Assembly: GCA_963725865.1 (NCBI GenBank)
Contig: CAVSAC010000012.1
Location: 1,088,001-1,152,000, forward strand
Length of the DNA: 64,000 nucleotides
Reading direction: 5' to 3'
From: Candidatus Eiseniibacteriota bacterium
GTDB lineage: Bacteria > Eisenbacteria > RBG-16-71-46
A model generated the notes under the pieces. It saw only the letters and a list, made by a program, of their open reading frames with translations. It made no database searches and was not told the DNA's origin. This document shows positions 1 through 9,260 of the stretch, piece after piece. Both the position numbers and the translations under genes were made by a program. Position 1 is the first letter of the stretch, and every line of letters begins with the position of its first letter.

Positions 1-381
1 GAGCAGCAGGATGTCGGGCTCCGGAATCCGGGTACCCGTGGGGCCGATGTTGCCGCTGCGGAGCATGCCGATGTCGCACTTCACGTAGGTGCAGACGTCC
101 TCGGAGTGCCCGGCCTTCTCGGCCTCGGCGATGTAGCCGCCGGAGCGTCCCCGCATGCCGGACTGCAGCGCGTTGATCTCGGGCAGCACCGGCAGCATGC
201 CGAGTGCCCCGATCATCTCGGTGAGGTTGCCCGGCACGAACGTGTACACCACCGGCCGGCCTTCCTCCTTCGCGCGCTCGAGCCGCTCGAAGTGCTCGGC
301 GATCATCCGCTTCTGGCGGACCTGGCTGCGATCCTTCGCGGATTCGCCCAGCGGGGTCGTCGCGGGCGTGGGGGCGCTCAT
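1..381 (-). CDS. bcrB: Benzoyl-CoA reductase subunit B (class I, Bcr type), 5' part only; runs off the window edge
   Basis: Not in the ORF track. Manual translation gives MSAPTP...VVYTFVPGNLTE...LPEINALQSGMR...AEKAGHSEDVCTYVKCDIG, closely matching BcrB/BadE. ATG at 381 overlaps the bcrC stop (ATGA). Confidence 0.9.
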   Translation of the reverse strand, partial: MSAPTPATTPLGESAKDRSQVRQKRMIAEHFERLERAKEEGRPVVYTFVPGNLTEMIGALGMLPVLPEINALQSGMRGRSGGYIAEAEKAGHSEDVCTYVKCDIGMLRSGNIGPTGTRIPEPDILLL

Positions 382-1583
382 GGCTGGCCCTCCCAGAGTT
401 TGACGGCGTCCGAGAACGCGCCGGCCTGCTCGCGGATGGTCTGGAACTGGCCGGTGTTCTCGGCGAATTTGAAACTGGTGTGGGGGATCCCGGCCGCGTC
501 GAGCGCGGCCTCCAGCATCGGCTGGTCGAGCAGCGCGGGGTCGCAGAACGACGCCGCCGCGAATACCACGCCGTCCGCGCCGCAGGCCTTCACCTTCTCG
601 ATCAGCGCCGCGCCCTTGACGCCCTCGGCGATGTAGCGCGACGCGGTCGCCGCGCCGTGCTCGAGGTAGCCGTGGGCCAGCGCCGCGAGTGGGTCGCCGC
701 CGTCCGGCACTGCGATCGGCCGCTCGATCATGCGCAGCCCGAGCTGCAGGTCGTCGTCGAGGATGTCGCACCCGGCGCGCTCGAGGGTGCGGAGCAGCTC
801 GATCGGCGGCTGCTCGCAGAACGAGCCGACCATCACCACGCGGGCGTTGTCGAACACCCGGGCGGGCCGCGTGGCGGCCGCGGCGAGGAACGCGTCGAGC
901 AGGGCGGTGTGCTCGCGCGCCAGCATCAGCGTGCCCGCGCGCACCATCAGGTACGCCTCCGAGCAGCGTACCCGCCACGGCTCGCGGCGGCGCAGCGCAT
1001 CGAGCGCCGCGAGCCGCTCGCGGCGCGCGTTCTCGTCGTCGATCGAGGCACCCAGCGCGGCGGTGGTCAGCGGCCGCGCACCGCGTGCCTCGAGGTCGCG
1101 CGCGATGGTGCGCAGCTGCTCGAGATAGAAGCGGCCGCCCACCGCCAGGTCGAAGTCCTGCGGCAGGTCGAGGTAGAACGCGTAGCGCTCTGGGAACAGC
1201 ATGCGCCACATGCCGCCGAGATTGCGGATGACGTCGCAGATGGAGGGGAACAGCATGCCGTCGAACGCGTCGAGGTGGCCGTTGAGCGCCAGCTCCAGCG
1301 TGCTGCGCGGGATGTGGCACATGTAGGACTGGAAGTACGAGTCGCCGCGGATGATGTCGATCTGCGCGCCGGCACCGAACACGCCCACCGGCAGGCAGCC
1401 CAGCGCCTCGAGCAGTGGCCGCGGCGCGTAGATCGGCATGTGACCGATCGCGAGCGCGCCGGGATGGGCGGCCTTCCAGGCGCGCACCGACGCGAACGTG
1501 TGGTCCTCGACCTCGGCCATCGCGCGCTCGAGCAGCGGAGCGCACGGGTCGGGCGGTGCGTCGGCGGGGCGGACGGGATCCAT
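378..1583 (-). CDS. bcrC: Benzoyl-CoA reductase subunit C
   Basis: IIRGDSYFQSYMCHIPRST, FPSICDVIRNL, SFCDPALLDQPM and FKFAENTGQFQTIREQAGAFSDAVKLW motifs of BcrC/BadD; operon context. Confidence 0.9.
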   Translation of the reverse strand: MDPVRPADAPPDPCAPLLERAMAEVEDHTFASVRAWKAAHPGALAIGHMPIYAPRPLLEALGCLPVGVFGAGAQIDIIRGDSYFQSYMCHIPRSTLELALNGHLDAFDGMLFPSICDVIRNLGGMWRMLFPERYAFYLDLPQDFDLAVGGRFYLEQLRTIARDLEARGARPLTTAALGASIDDENARRERLAALDALRRREPWRVRCSEAYLMVRAGTLMLAREHTALLDAFLAAAATRPARVFDNARVVMVGSFCEQPPIELLRTLERAGCDILDDDLQLGLRMIERPIAVPDGGDPLAALAHGYLEHGAATASRYIAEGVKGAALIEKVKACGADGVVFAAASFCDPALLDQPMLEAALDAAGIPHTSFKFAENTGQFQTIREQAGAFSDAVKLWEGQP

Positions 1584-1593
1584 GGCGGGTTCC

Positions 1594-2319
1594 TCAGTCG
1601 GACGGGCGCAGGTGGATGGGCGAGCGCACGGCGGTGCCTTCGACGTGGCGCTCGGTGGCCGACAGCGCGGCCCGCGCGGGGCCGCTGCCGCCGACGCCGA
1701 CCAGCGACATGCGGAGGATGGTGCGCGCCACCACCGGCGGCGTGTCGTGGCGCTCGGGCGAGTACCACGCGTAGACCCAGTTCAGCATGCCGAACACGTT
1801 GTAGGTCGCGCGGTCCAGCTCGGCGCCGTCGGCGGCGCGCCGCGGGTGCTTGCCGCCGCGCGGCGCGATCACGCCGCGCACCAGCGCGCGGCCGACCTGG
1901 AAGTAGCGCTCCTTGAGCGTGCGCACCGCGCGGCGGCGCTCGGGCGGCAGCTCGCCCGCCTCCTCGACCAGCACGCGCATGATGTCGCGGTGGCTGGCGA
2001 CGTAGCGCACGTGGCTGAGGATGAACGCGTGCAGCTTCGCCTCGGGGCGCCGCGGGTGCGCGACCACCTCCTCGGCCATGCCGATCAGGGTCTCGAACGC
2101 GCGGGTCTGGAGCGCGAACAGCAGGTCCTCCTTCGAGGCGAAGTAGTTGTAGAGGTTGGCGAGGCTCATGTCGGTGGTGGCTGCCAGGTCGCGCATCGAC
2201 ATGCCGTGGTAGCCGTGGGTGGCGAGCAGCCCGGCCGCGGCCTGCAGGATGTCGACGCGCCCCGCCTCCTTGAGTGCCCGTCGCGAGCCGGCCGCGCGGC
2301 GTCGCGCGCGCGGGCTCAC
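1594..2319 (-). CDS. TetR/AcrR family transcriptional regulator
   Basis: N-terminal HTH (GYHGMSMRDLAATTDMSLANLYNYFASKEDLL); C-terminal FGMLNWVYAWY typical of acyl-CoA-sensing TetRs. Confidence 0.9.
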   Translation of the reverse strand: MSPRARRRAAGSRRALKEAGRVDILQAAAGLLATHGYHGMSMRDLAATTDMSLANLYNYFASKEDLLFALQTRAFETLIGMAEEVVAHPRRPEAKLHAFILSHVRYVASHRDIMRVLVEEAGELPPERRRAVRTLKERYFQVGRALVRGVIAPRGGKHPRRAADGAELDRATYNVFGMLNWVYAWYSPERHDTPPVVARTILRMSLVGVGGSGPARAALSATERHVEGTAVRSPIHLRPSD

Positions 2320-3119
2320 GCGTCCCTCCAGACCGGCGCGCGGCGGGCGAGGAAGGCGGCGATGCCCTCGTTGCCGTCGTGGCTCGGCAGCAGGCGCTCG
2401 AGATAGAGCCGTTCGGCGGCCCGCAGCGGAGCGTCGAGCGCGGCCAGCAGCCCGGAGCCCTCACGCGCCGCGCGGGTGGCCACGCGCAGCGAGAACGCCG
2501 ACAGCGGCGCGAGGCGCTCGCGGTACCACGCGAGCAGCGCGGCCTCGGGGTCGGTCCCCGCAGGGATCACGGTGGTCACCAGGCCCGCGCGCGCCATCGC
2601 CGCGGCGTCGAGGTCCTCGCCGGTGACCAGCATGCGCTCGGCGAGCGCGCCGCCGAGTCGCAGCGCGCCCGCGGCGGCGAGCACCGGCGGGAACACCCCG
2701 AGCTTGATCTCGGGGCAGCCGAAGCGCGCGTCGGCGGTGGCAAACACCAGGTGACAGGCGAGGACCACCTCGAACGCCCCGCCCAGGCAGCGACCCTCCA
2801 CGAGCGCCGCCACCGGCACCGGGAACGCGGCCAGCGCGCGCACGAACGCGTGGAACTCCGCCAGCAGCGTCGCGGCCTGCTCGGGCACGTGCTCCTCCAC
2901 CGCGGCGCCGAAGGAGAAGTGCCCGCCAGCGCCCCGCACGATCACCAGCCGCAGCTCGGGCAGCTCGCGGTGCGCGACGAGCGCCGCGCCGAGCTCGGAC
3001 ATCATGGCGCGCGAGAGGACGTTGCCCTTCGGTCGGTCGAGCGTCAGGCGCAGCACGGTGCCGCCCTCGATCCGCTCGGCGTGCACCAGCGGGTGGGGCA
3101 CCGGAAGCCGGGGGTTCAT
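2316..3119 (-). CDS. dch: Cyclohexa-1,5-dienecarbonyl-CoA hydratase (crotonase family)
   Basis: HFSFGAAVEEH, CLGGAFE, PEIKLGVFPP; lies between oah and the bcr genes. Confidence 0.82.
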   Translation of the reverse strand: MNPRLPVPHPLVHAERIEGGTVLRLTLDRPKGNVLSRAMMSELGAALVAHRELPELRLVIVRGAGGHFSFGAAVEEHVPEQAATLLAEFHAFVRALAAFPVPVAALVEGRCLGGAFEVVLACHLVFATADARFGCPEIKLGVFPPVLAAAGALRLGGALAERMLVTGEDLDAAAMARAGLVTTVIPAGTDPEAALLAWYRERLAPLSAFSLRVATRAAREGSGLLAALDAPLRAAERLYLERLLPSHDGNEGIAAFLARRAPVWRDA

Positions 3120-3129
3120 CGCGCGCTCC

Positions 3130-4263
3130 TCATCGTTCCATCCGCGCGCGTGCCGACGGCGGCATCACGCGGCGGATGAGGTCCGCGTCGAACGGAGCGC
3201 CCTCGGCGTACGCGCGCCGCAGCTCCGCGAAGTCGATCTCGCGTTCGTCGCGGTCGCCGAAGTGGAACGCCGGGAAGCCGGCCGCTGCCTCGGTGTTCAT
3301 GTTGAGGGCGAGCCACGAACGATTGGTCTCGCTGTTGGCGTACCAGTGCTCGAGCTTCTTCTTGCGCAGGCTCTCGAGCGTCTTGCGCGTGCAGTCGGGG
3401 ACCGTGTCCAGGAGCCGCGTCACCATGCGGTCGACCGCGGCGTCCAGCAGTGCGAGGTCCACCGTACACGCGGCGGCCGCCGTCTTGGCGGCCCTCGCGT
3501 CCTCGCCGGTCTTCCACTCGCCGAGCACGATGCGGCCCATCGCGTCGGTCCAGCGGTCGGTGACCGCGAACGGATTGGGCAGCCATTCGCCGGAGGCACT
3601 GCGATGGACCGGCGCGATCTCGTTGATCAACCCCAGCCGCTGCGCCTTGTGCGCCGACCACGGCTCGCACAGCACCAGCGATTCGGCCGCCTTGGCGAAG
3701 CCCACGTACAGGTGCAGGAAGTCGGTGGAGCCGCCGTCGGGCGCCGAGCCGTGGATCGGGCCCGCCTGGCCGAAGCGCGCGTGGTCGCCGGCGATCGAGA
3801 AGTCGCACGCCATGCCGATCTCCTGCCCGCCGCCGATGCGCATGCCGTTGACGCGGCAGATCACCGGCTTGTCGCAGAGCAGGATGCTGGTGACCATGTC
3901 GTTGAACAGCCGCATGTACTGCAGGTACTCGAGCGGCCGCCCGGCGTAGTAGGTCGCGTACTCCTCGGTGTTGCCGCCGGTGCAGAAGGCGCGGGTCCCG
4001 ACCGCGGTGAACACCACCGCCACGCAGCGGCGGTCCATGCTCGCGCGCCGGAACGCGAGGATGATCTCCTTCACCGCGTCGGTGGTGTAGGAGTTGAGCT
4101 GCGGCTCGTTGTCGAGCGCGATCCAGATCTGGTGGAGCCCGGCGACCGGGCCGCCGTCGCGCGCGAGCACCGGGCGCTCCTCGTAGCGAATGGCGCCGAA
4201 GCGTCGCTCCGCGTCGAGCTCGTGGCTCTTCAGGGTGAGCGGGGTACGGGCGGTCTCGGGCAT
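3130..4263 (-). CDS. oah: 6-oxocyclohex-1-ene-1-carbonyl-CoA hydrolase
   Basis: LNSYTTDAVKE, AFCTGGNTEEYATYYAG, GMRIGGGQEIGMACD, HGSAPDGGSTDFL, WLALNMNTEA; 377 aa. Confidence 0.93.
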   Translation of the reverse strand: MPETARTPLTLKSHELDAERRFGAIRYEERPVLARDGGPVAGLHQIWIALDNEPQLNSYTTDAVKEIILAFRRASMDRRCVAVVFTAVGTRAFCTGGNTEEYATYYAGRPLEYLQYMRLFNDMVTSILLCDKPVICRVNGMRIGGGQEIGMACDFSIAGDHARFGQAGPIHGSAPDGGSTDFLHLYVGFAKAAESLVLCEPWSAHKAQRLGLINEIAPVHRSASGEWLPNPFAVTDRWTDAMGRIVLGEWKTGEDARAAKTAAAACTVDLALLDAAVDRMVTRLLDTVPDCTRKTLESLRKKKLEHWYANSETNRSWLALNMNTEAAAGFPAFHFGDRDEREIDFAELRRAYAEGAPFDADLIRRVMPPSARARMER

Positions 4264-4273
4264 CGTGCGCTCC

Positions 4274-5335
4274 CTAACGGCGAGGGTCGAGGACCATGCG
4301 GCGCTCCAGCCGGTGATGGGCGAGGGCGTCCAGCAGGTCGTTGATCGAGGACATCGGGGCGTGTTCGACGAAGGGCTCCAGCACCACGCGGCCGTCGGCG
4401 ATCAGACGCAGCACCTCGGGGTACTCCGCGGGCGGACAGCCCCAGGTGCCGTGCACCGTGGCGTCGAACGCCATCAGGTTGGACAACCGCAGCTCGACCG
4501 GCTGGATGGTGTAGCCGACCTGCACCAGCGTGGCGCCGCGCGCCAGCAGTCCGAACGCGAGCCCCTGGCCGGCCGGCGTGCCGCTGCACTCGAGGATGCG
4601 CCAGCGCAGCGAGGGCACGTCCCAGCCGCGCGCCAGCGCGTGCAGCTCCTTGCGCACGTCCTGCGGCCTGCGTTCGCGCACGTCGAGCGTGTGCTCGGCG
4701 CCGTGCGCCGCGAGCTGAGCCAGCCGCGCGGGCTGCACGTCGCAGACCGCCACGCGCGCGCCCAGCGCGCGAGCGATCTGGGTGACGAAGCCGCCCACGC
4801 CGCCGGCGCCCACCACGAACACCGCGTCGCCCGCCTGCACCTCGGCCCGGCGCAGCGCCTGGTACGCGGTCGAGACCGCGTCGGCCACCACCGACAGCAT
4901 GCGCACGTCGAAGCCCGGCGGCAGGCCGTCGAGCGGCACCAGCGGCGCGGCCGGCACCAGCAGGTGGGTGGCGAAGCCGCCGTGGACGTCGTTGCCGGGC
5001 ATCTTCTGGGATGGGCAGGCGTTTCCGCGACCCGCGCGGCAGAACGCGCAGGTGCCGCACGGGAGCACCGCGGGCACGATCACCCGGGTGCCCGGTGCGA
5101 GCGTCACGCCGTCGCCGACCACGGCGAGGGAGCCCACGACCTCGTGGCCGAGCACCAGCGGGAGGGGATGGTTGGGACGCACCGAGCCGTCGGCGAAACC
5201 GAGATCGGTGTGGCACAGGCCGCAGGCGAGCACCTCGACGATCGCCTCGCCCGGCCCGGGCGCCGGCAGCTCGAGCGCGCGCGCCACCAACGGCGACGCG
5301 GGCGCGTCGAGGAAGTAGGCCACGGCATCGCGCAT
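4274..5335 (-). CDS. had: 6-hydroxycyclohex-1-ene-1-carbonyl-CoA dehydrogenase (Zn-dependent ADH family)
   Basis: CGLCHTD, GHE, CxxCxxC-x7-C Zn sites, KMPGNDVHGGFA, LSNLMAFDAT, WGCPP. Confidence 0.9.
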   Translation of the reverse strand: MRDAVAYFLDAPASPLVARALELPAPGPGEAIVEVLACGLCHTDLGFADGSVRPNHPLPLVLGHEVVGSLAVVGDGVTLAPGTRVIVPAVLPCGTCAFCRAGRGNACPSQKMPGNDVHGGFATHLLVPAAPLVPLDGLPPGFDVRMLSVVADAVSTAYQALRRAEVQAGDAVFVVGAGGVGGFVTQIARALGARVAVCDVQPARLAQLAAHGAEHTLDVRERRPQDVRKELHALARGWDVPSLRWRILECSGTPAGQGLAFGLLARGATLVQVGYTIQPVELRLSNLMAFDATVHGTWGCPPAEYPEVLRLIADGRVVLEPFVEHAPMSSINDLLDALAHHRLERRMVLDPRR

Positions 5336-5383
5336 GCGCGGACCTCACGGCATTAGGGAAGCTGGGGGCGTCCCGACCCGGGA

Positions 5384-5412
5384 ACATTAACGAACGATCG
5401 TTCGTTAATCAA
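5384..5412 (-). promoter_or_regulatory. sigma70-type promoter of the had-oah-dch-tetR-bcr operon, overlapped by a perfect 24-bp palindromic operator (5386-5409)
   Basis: Minus strand reads TTGATT-17 nt-TAATGT. ATTAACGAACGATCGTTCGTTAAT equals its own reverse complement and is AT-rich in a very GC-rich background. Confidence 0.8.
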
Positions 5413-5463
5413 GCGAGGACTCGCGGGCCCGGGGCGGGACCGCAGGTCCTCGGTGTCCCGCGG

Positions 5464-8127
5464 TCAGCGCCCCTGGAGCTGGGCGGTCCAGTCGAGGATC
5501 AGCGCGATCGTGGCGGGCGGCGGCGCGCCGGATTCGGTCGAGGCCAGGATGCGTTCGCCCGCGCCGGCGGCGAACGTGACGAGACCGGTCCGATGGAACA
5601 GCACCTGGGGCTTGCCGACATGGAGCGCCGGACCGCCGTCCACGGTCACCGACAGGAGGCTGCCGCCGCCGGGGTCGGGACGCTGGAACAGAAGCTCGCG
5701 GCCGCCGTGCGTCCAGTGCGGGCTGACGCCGCCGCTGGTCGACACCCGGGTGGCGGGCCCCGGCCCGGGGTAGGCCTGGATGTAGACCTCCGGGGTCTGT
5801 CCGCTCGCGTCGGTGGAGTAAGCCAGCCAGCGGCCGTCCGGGGACACCACGCCCTGGTCGTCCCAGCCCGGGGTGCGCACGAGGAGGCGCGCCGCCGCGC
5901 CGCCGGCGAGCGGCGCCGACCAGATGTCGAAGCGCGTCGCGGGGTCGATCGAGGAGAACAGGACGGCGCTCCCGTCCGGTGTGACGGAGGAGGGATGCTG
6001 GAACTGGGCCATGTTGGTGGCGATCCGGCGCGGCGCGCCGGCGTCGCCGATCTGGCCAAGGCATACGCGCTCGCCGTCATCGGTGCCGATCGAGTACACG
6101 AACGACCTGCCGTCCGGGAGCCAGTACGCGCCGTAGGCGTAGGTGTCGGTCGGCGAAACCCGAGAGGTCGTGCCGCGCGCCGGGTCGGAGTGCCAGATCT
6201 CGACCCGCAAGGCGGACAGCGTGCGCTCGGCGAGCGCCGAGGTGCCGTCGGGAGAGATGTCGAGCGTGGTGTAGCGCCCGGACGGGAGCGGGAACGTCCC
6301 GCCGGGTTCGCCGCCGCGGCTCAGCCACTCCACCCGCGTATCGGGGTCGCGGCGATGGAGCATGGCCAGCCGTCCGTCGCGCGCGGCGGTGGCGCGCCAC
6401 GACGCGTCGACGTCGCCCTGCGGGGGTGGATCGGCGATGGGGAGCGGGTCGCCGCGCAACGCGAGCCTCGCGGGATCGAACCGGTGTGCCACCAGCTTGT
6501 CGTCGCGGACGTAGAGCAGGTAGCCGGGCGCGGCGTACGTGACGCCCGACCCGGCGGTGAGCACGCGCTTGACCGCCTTCGAACGCAGCGAGCCCACGAA
6601 GATGTCCCAGCCGCGCGACGTGCGCGGCAGCGAGGCATACAGGAAGTGGTCACCGTCGGGCAGGAACCAGGGCATGCGGTGCGCGGTCTCGTGGCGGCTG
6701 GTGTCGAGCGCGGTGGCCAGCCGCGCCTCGCCGCCGCCCGCCGAGACTCGGTAGAGCGGTCCGTTGGGCGCGGGGGAGAAGACGATGTCCCCGCCCTTGC
6801 CCCAGGTCGCGCCGCGCGACCACGTCACGTCGCAGAGCGAGACCGGCGAGCCGCCTTCGGCCGGCACCTTCCAGAGGCGCGCGTCGTCGCCCGTGGTGGC
6901 GAAGCCGAGGTAGCGGCTATCGGGGGACCAGAACACGTCGGAGACCGCGGTCGCGTCGCCGACCCGGCGCGCGGCCGGCGCGTCGAGATCGCGCACCCAG
7001 AGCTCGTCGGCGCTGGAATCGGCCACCACGTAAGCGATGCGCCGGCCGTCGGGCGAGATCGCCACGGCCGCGGGGAAGGGGGCGATCGTGCCGCCGGCCT
7101 CGTGGGTGACGGACATGTGCAGGTGCGGGTCGCCCGCCGGGCGCCCCAGTCCGCGCCAGGCTGCGAACGCGGCCAGCGCGAGCCCGAGTGCGAGCACCGC
7201 CCCCGGGAGGGCCCACCGACGCGCGGCGGTTGACGCCGCGGCGGCCGGCTGCGGCGCGCCCCCGCCCGCCAGGATCTCGCCGAGCTCGACGCGCGCGTCG
7301 CCGATGTCGCGCAGCCGTTCCTTCGCGTCCTTGCGCAGGCAGCGCCGGAGCAGCTCGCGCACCCGCGGCGGCGTGGTCGCCGGCAGCGCCGACCAGTCGG
7401 GCTCGCGCTCGAGGATGCGCGCGATCAGGTCCGAGACCGTCTCGCCCTCGAACATCGGCCGGCCGGCGAGACACTCGTAGAGCACGCAGCCGAACGACCA
7501 GATGTCGGTGCGCCGGTCCACCGCCCGGCCGCGCGCCTGTTCGGGGGACATGTAGGCGGCGGTGCCGAGGATCACGCCCGCAGCGGTCGGCGTGTAGGCC
7601 CGGGTCGGCGAGGCCGAGAGGTTCGGATCCGACCCCGTGCCGCTGGCCGCGCCGCCCTTCGCGAGCCCGAAGTCGAGCACCTTGACCTGGCCGCCGGGGG
7701 TCAGCTTCACGTTTCCGGGCTTGAGGTCGCGGTGGACCACGCCGCTCTCGTGCGCCGCCTCGACGCCGGCCGCGATCTGACGGCAGACCTCCAGCGCCTC
7801 GTCGAACGCCAGCGGGCCGTGGGCGAGCCGCTCCGCGAGCGTGGGGCCCTCGACGTACTCGAGCACCAGGTAGCGATGGCCCGCGACCTCCTCGAGGCCG
7901 TGGATGCCGGCGATGTTCTGGTGCGAGAGCGAGGCGAGCAGTCGGGCCTCGCGCTCGAAGCGCGCGAGGCGCTCGGGATCGCGCGCGAACGCGTCGGGCA
8001 GCGCCTTGATGGCGACGTCGCGACCGAGCCGCGGATCACGGGCGCGCCACACCTCGCCCATGCCGCCCGCGCCCAGCAGGTCGACGACCTCGAAGGGGCC
8101 GAGCTTCGCGCCGGGGACGATGTTCAC
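5464..8127 (-). CDS. Ser/Thr protein kinase with TM segment and C-terminal TolB/PD40-like beta-propeller
   Basis: GAGGMGEVW, HRDLKPGN, DFGLAK, GTAAYMSPEQ; repeated SPDG motifs. GTG start at 8127 inferred (ORF track extends to 8265). Confidence 0.9.
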   Translation of the reverse strand: MNIVPGAKLGPFEVVDLLGAGGMGEVWRARDPRLGRDVAIKALPDAFARDPERLARFEREARLLASLSHQNIAGIHGLEEVAGHRYLVLEYVEGPTLAERLAHGPLAFDEALEVCRQIAAGVEAAHESGVVHRDLKPGNVKLTPGGQVKVLDFGLAKGGAASGTGSDPNLSASPTRAYTPTAAGVILGTAAYMSPEQARGRAVDRRTDIWSFGCVLYECLAGRPMFEGETVSDLIARILEREPDWSALPATTPPRVRELLRRCLRKDAKERLRDIGDARVELGEILAGGGAPQPAAAASTAARRWALPGAVLALGLALAAFAAWRGLGRPAGDPHLHMSVTHEAGGTIAPFPAAVAISPDGRRIAYVVADSSADELWVRDLDAPAARRVGDATAVSDVFWSPDSRYLGFATTGDDARLWKVPAEGGSPVSLCDVTWSRGATWGKGGDIVFSPAPNGPLYRVSAGGGEARLATALDTSRHETAHRMPWFLPDGDHFLYASLPRTSRGWDIFVGSLRSKAVKRVLTAGSGVTYAAPGYLLYVRDDKLVAHRFDPARLALRGDPLPIADPPPQGDVDASWRATAARDGRLAMLHRRDPDTRVEWLSRGGEPGGTFPLPSGRYTTLDISPDGTSALAERTLSALRVEIWHSDPARGTTSRVSPTDTYAYGAYWLPDGRSFVYSIGTDDGERVCLGQIGDAGAPRRIATNMAQFQHPSSVTPDGSAVLFSSIDPATRFDIWSAPLAGGAAARLLVRTPGWDDQGVVSPDGRWLAYSTDASGQTPEVYIQAYPGPGPATRVSTSGGVSPHWTHGGRELLFQRPDPGGGSLLSVTVDGGPALHVGKPQVLFHRTGLVTFAAGAGERILASTESGAPPPATIALILDWTAQLQGR

Positions 8128-8429
8128 GCGGTGCCCGGAGGGCGCGCGCCGACGCGCGTGCGGCGCGGACGCGTCCGCGCCCGCGGCGCGCGCGCTGGTC
8201 CCTCTGCCGGTGCGGCCGCTGCGCGGGCCGGAGCCGGACGCGGGCCGATGAGTCGGATAGCGCACGCGAGGGCCATCAAAGTCGACCTCGAATCACGGGG
8301 TAGGGAGACGGTCGTGTGGGCAGCACGCCAGGCAGCAGGCGCCTCGGAGTGGCGCGCAAGCTACCACAGCCCGCAGGCGGTTCAATGCCCTTCCGCGCCG
8401 CGGGGCAGGCCGCGGGCCGCGCCGTGCGC

Positions 8430-9260
8430 TCAGCCGGCGCCCAGGCGGCGGAGCGTGGCCACCAGCCCGCGCAGCAGGTCGCGACCCGAGCGGCCCCCGG
8501 TGGCCAGCAGGATGGTCGCGGCCGCGGCGAGCGCGAGCGGATCCACGGGGGCGAGCGCCAGCGCGTCGAGCACTCCGAGCACCGGCTCGGCGTGATAGCC
8601 CTCGACGGCCGCGAGCAGCAGCTGGGTCGAGAACGCGGTGGTGCGCGCGGGCGCACCCGGCCGCGATGCGAGGCGCACGGCGCCGCCAAGTGCGGTGTGG
8701 AGACCGCGCGCCGCCGGGGCGGCGTCGCGGGCCAGGTCGAGCGCGGCCAGCGCCCCCAGCACCATGTCGTCTCCCGAGGGCGTGAGCCCCGGGCCGAGCC
8801 CGATCACGCCCGCCAGCACCGCCGGACCGCCGCCCGCGCGGAAGGCGCCGAGCGCGGCCTCGAGCGCCTCGTCTCCGGGATCGTGCAGCCGCTCGGCGCC
8901 GGCTGCCAGGCGGGTCTCGAGCGCCGCGACGGCCCGCGGCTCGATCCGTCCGGGCCGCGCGATCAAGCGCAGCTCGGGCCGCTCGGCGCCGGCGAGGCGG
9001 ATCGTCACGTCGGTGTCGGCCGCCGGCAGCGGCACGCCCGGCGCGAGGATCACCGCCCACGGATGGAGCGGCGAGCCGGCGGGCAGCACGGCGAGCCGTG
9101 CGCCGTCGGGCAGCCCCACGAACGCGGCGCGCGAGTGGGACCCGAGCACTCGCGCGCGCGGGCCGGCCGCGAGCGCGCCGGCCGCGAGCGGACCGGCGCG
9201 GCTCGCGGGCACCGCGGTGAGCGGCGGGCTCAGCGCTTCTTCGCGTGCAGCTCGGGGCAC
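8430..9260 (-). CDS. DUF2877 protein (YahE/YlbF, AllH-like)
   Basis: Signature GLGPGLTPSGDD, TTAFS, GGRSGRDLLRG; clustered with FdrA and DUF1116 homologues; start uncertain. Confidence 0.82.
   Translation of the reverse strand: MPRAAREEALSPPLTAVPASRAGPLAAGALAAGPRARVLGSHSRAAFVGLPDGARLAVLPAGSPLHPWAVILAPGVPLPAADTDVTIRLAGAERPELRLIARPGRIEPRAVAALETRLAAGAERLHDPGDEALEAALGAFRAGGGPAVLAGVIGLGPGLTPSGDDMVLGALAALDLARDAAPAARGLHTALGGAVRLASRPGAPARTTAFSTQLLLAAVEGYHAEPVLGVLDALALAPVDPLALAAAATILLATGGRSGRDLLRGLVATLRRLGAG

Noticed and set aside
8162..8181. 20-bp perfect palindrome GGCGCGGACGCGTCCGCGCC upstream of the kinase
   Set aside because: Almost pure GC in a very GC-rich region, single copy, no supporting promoter context.
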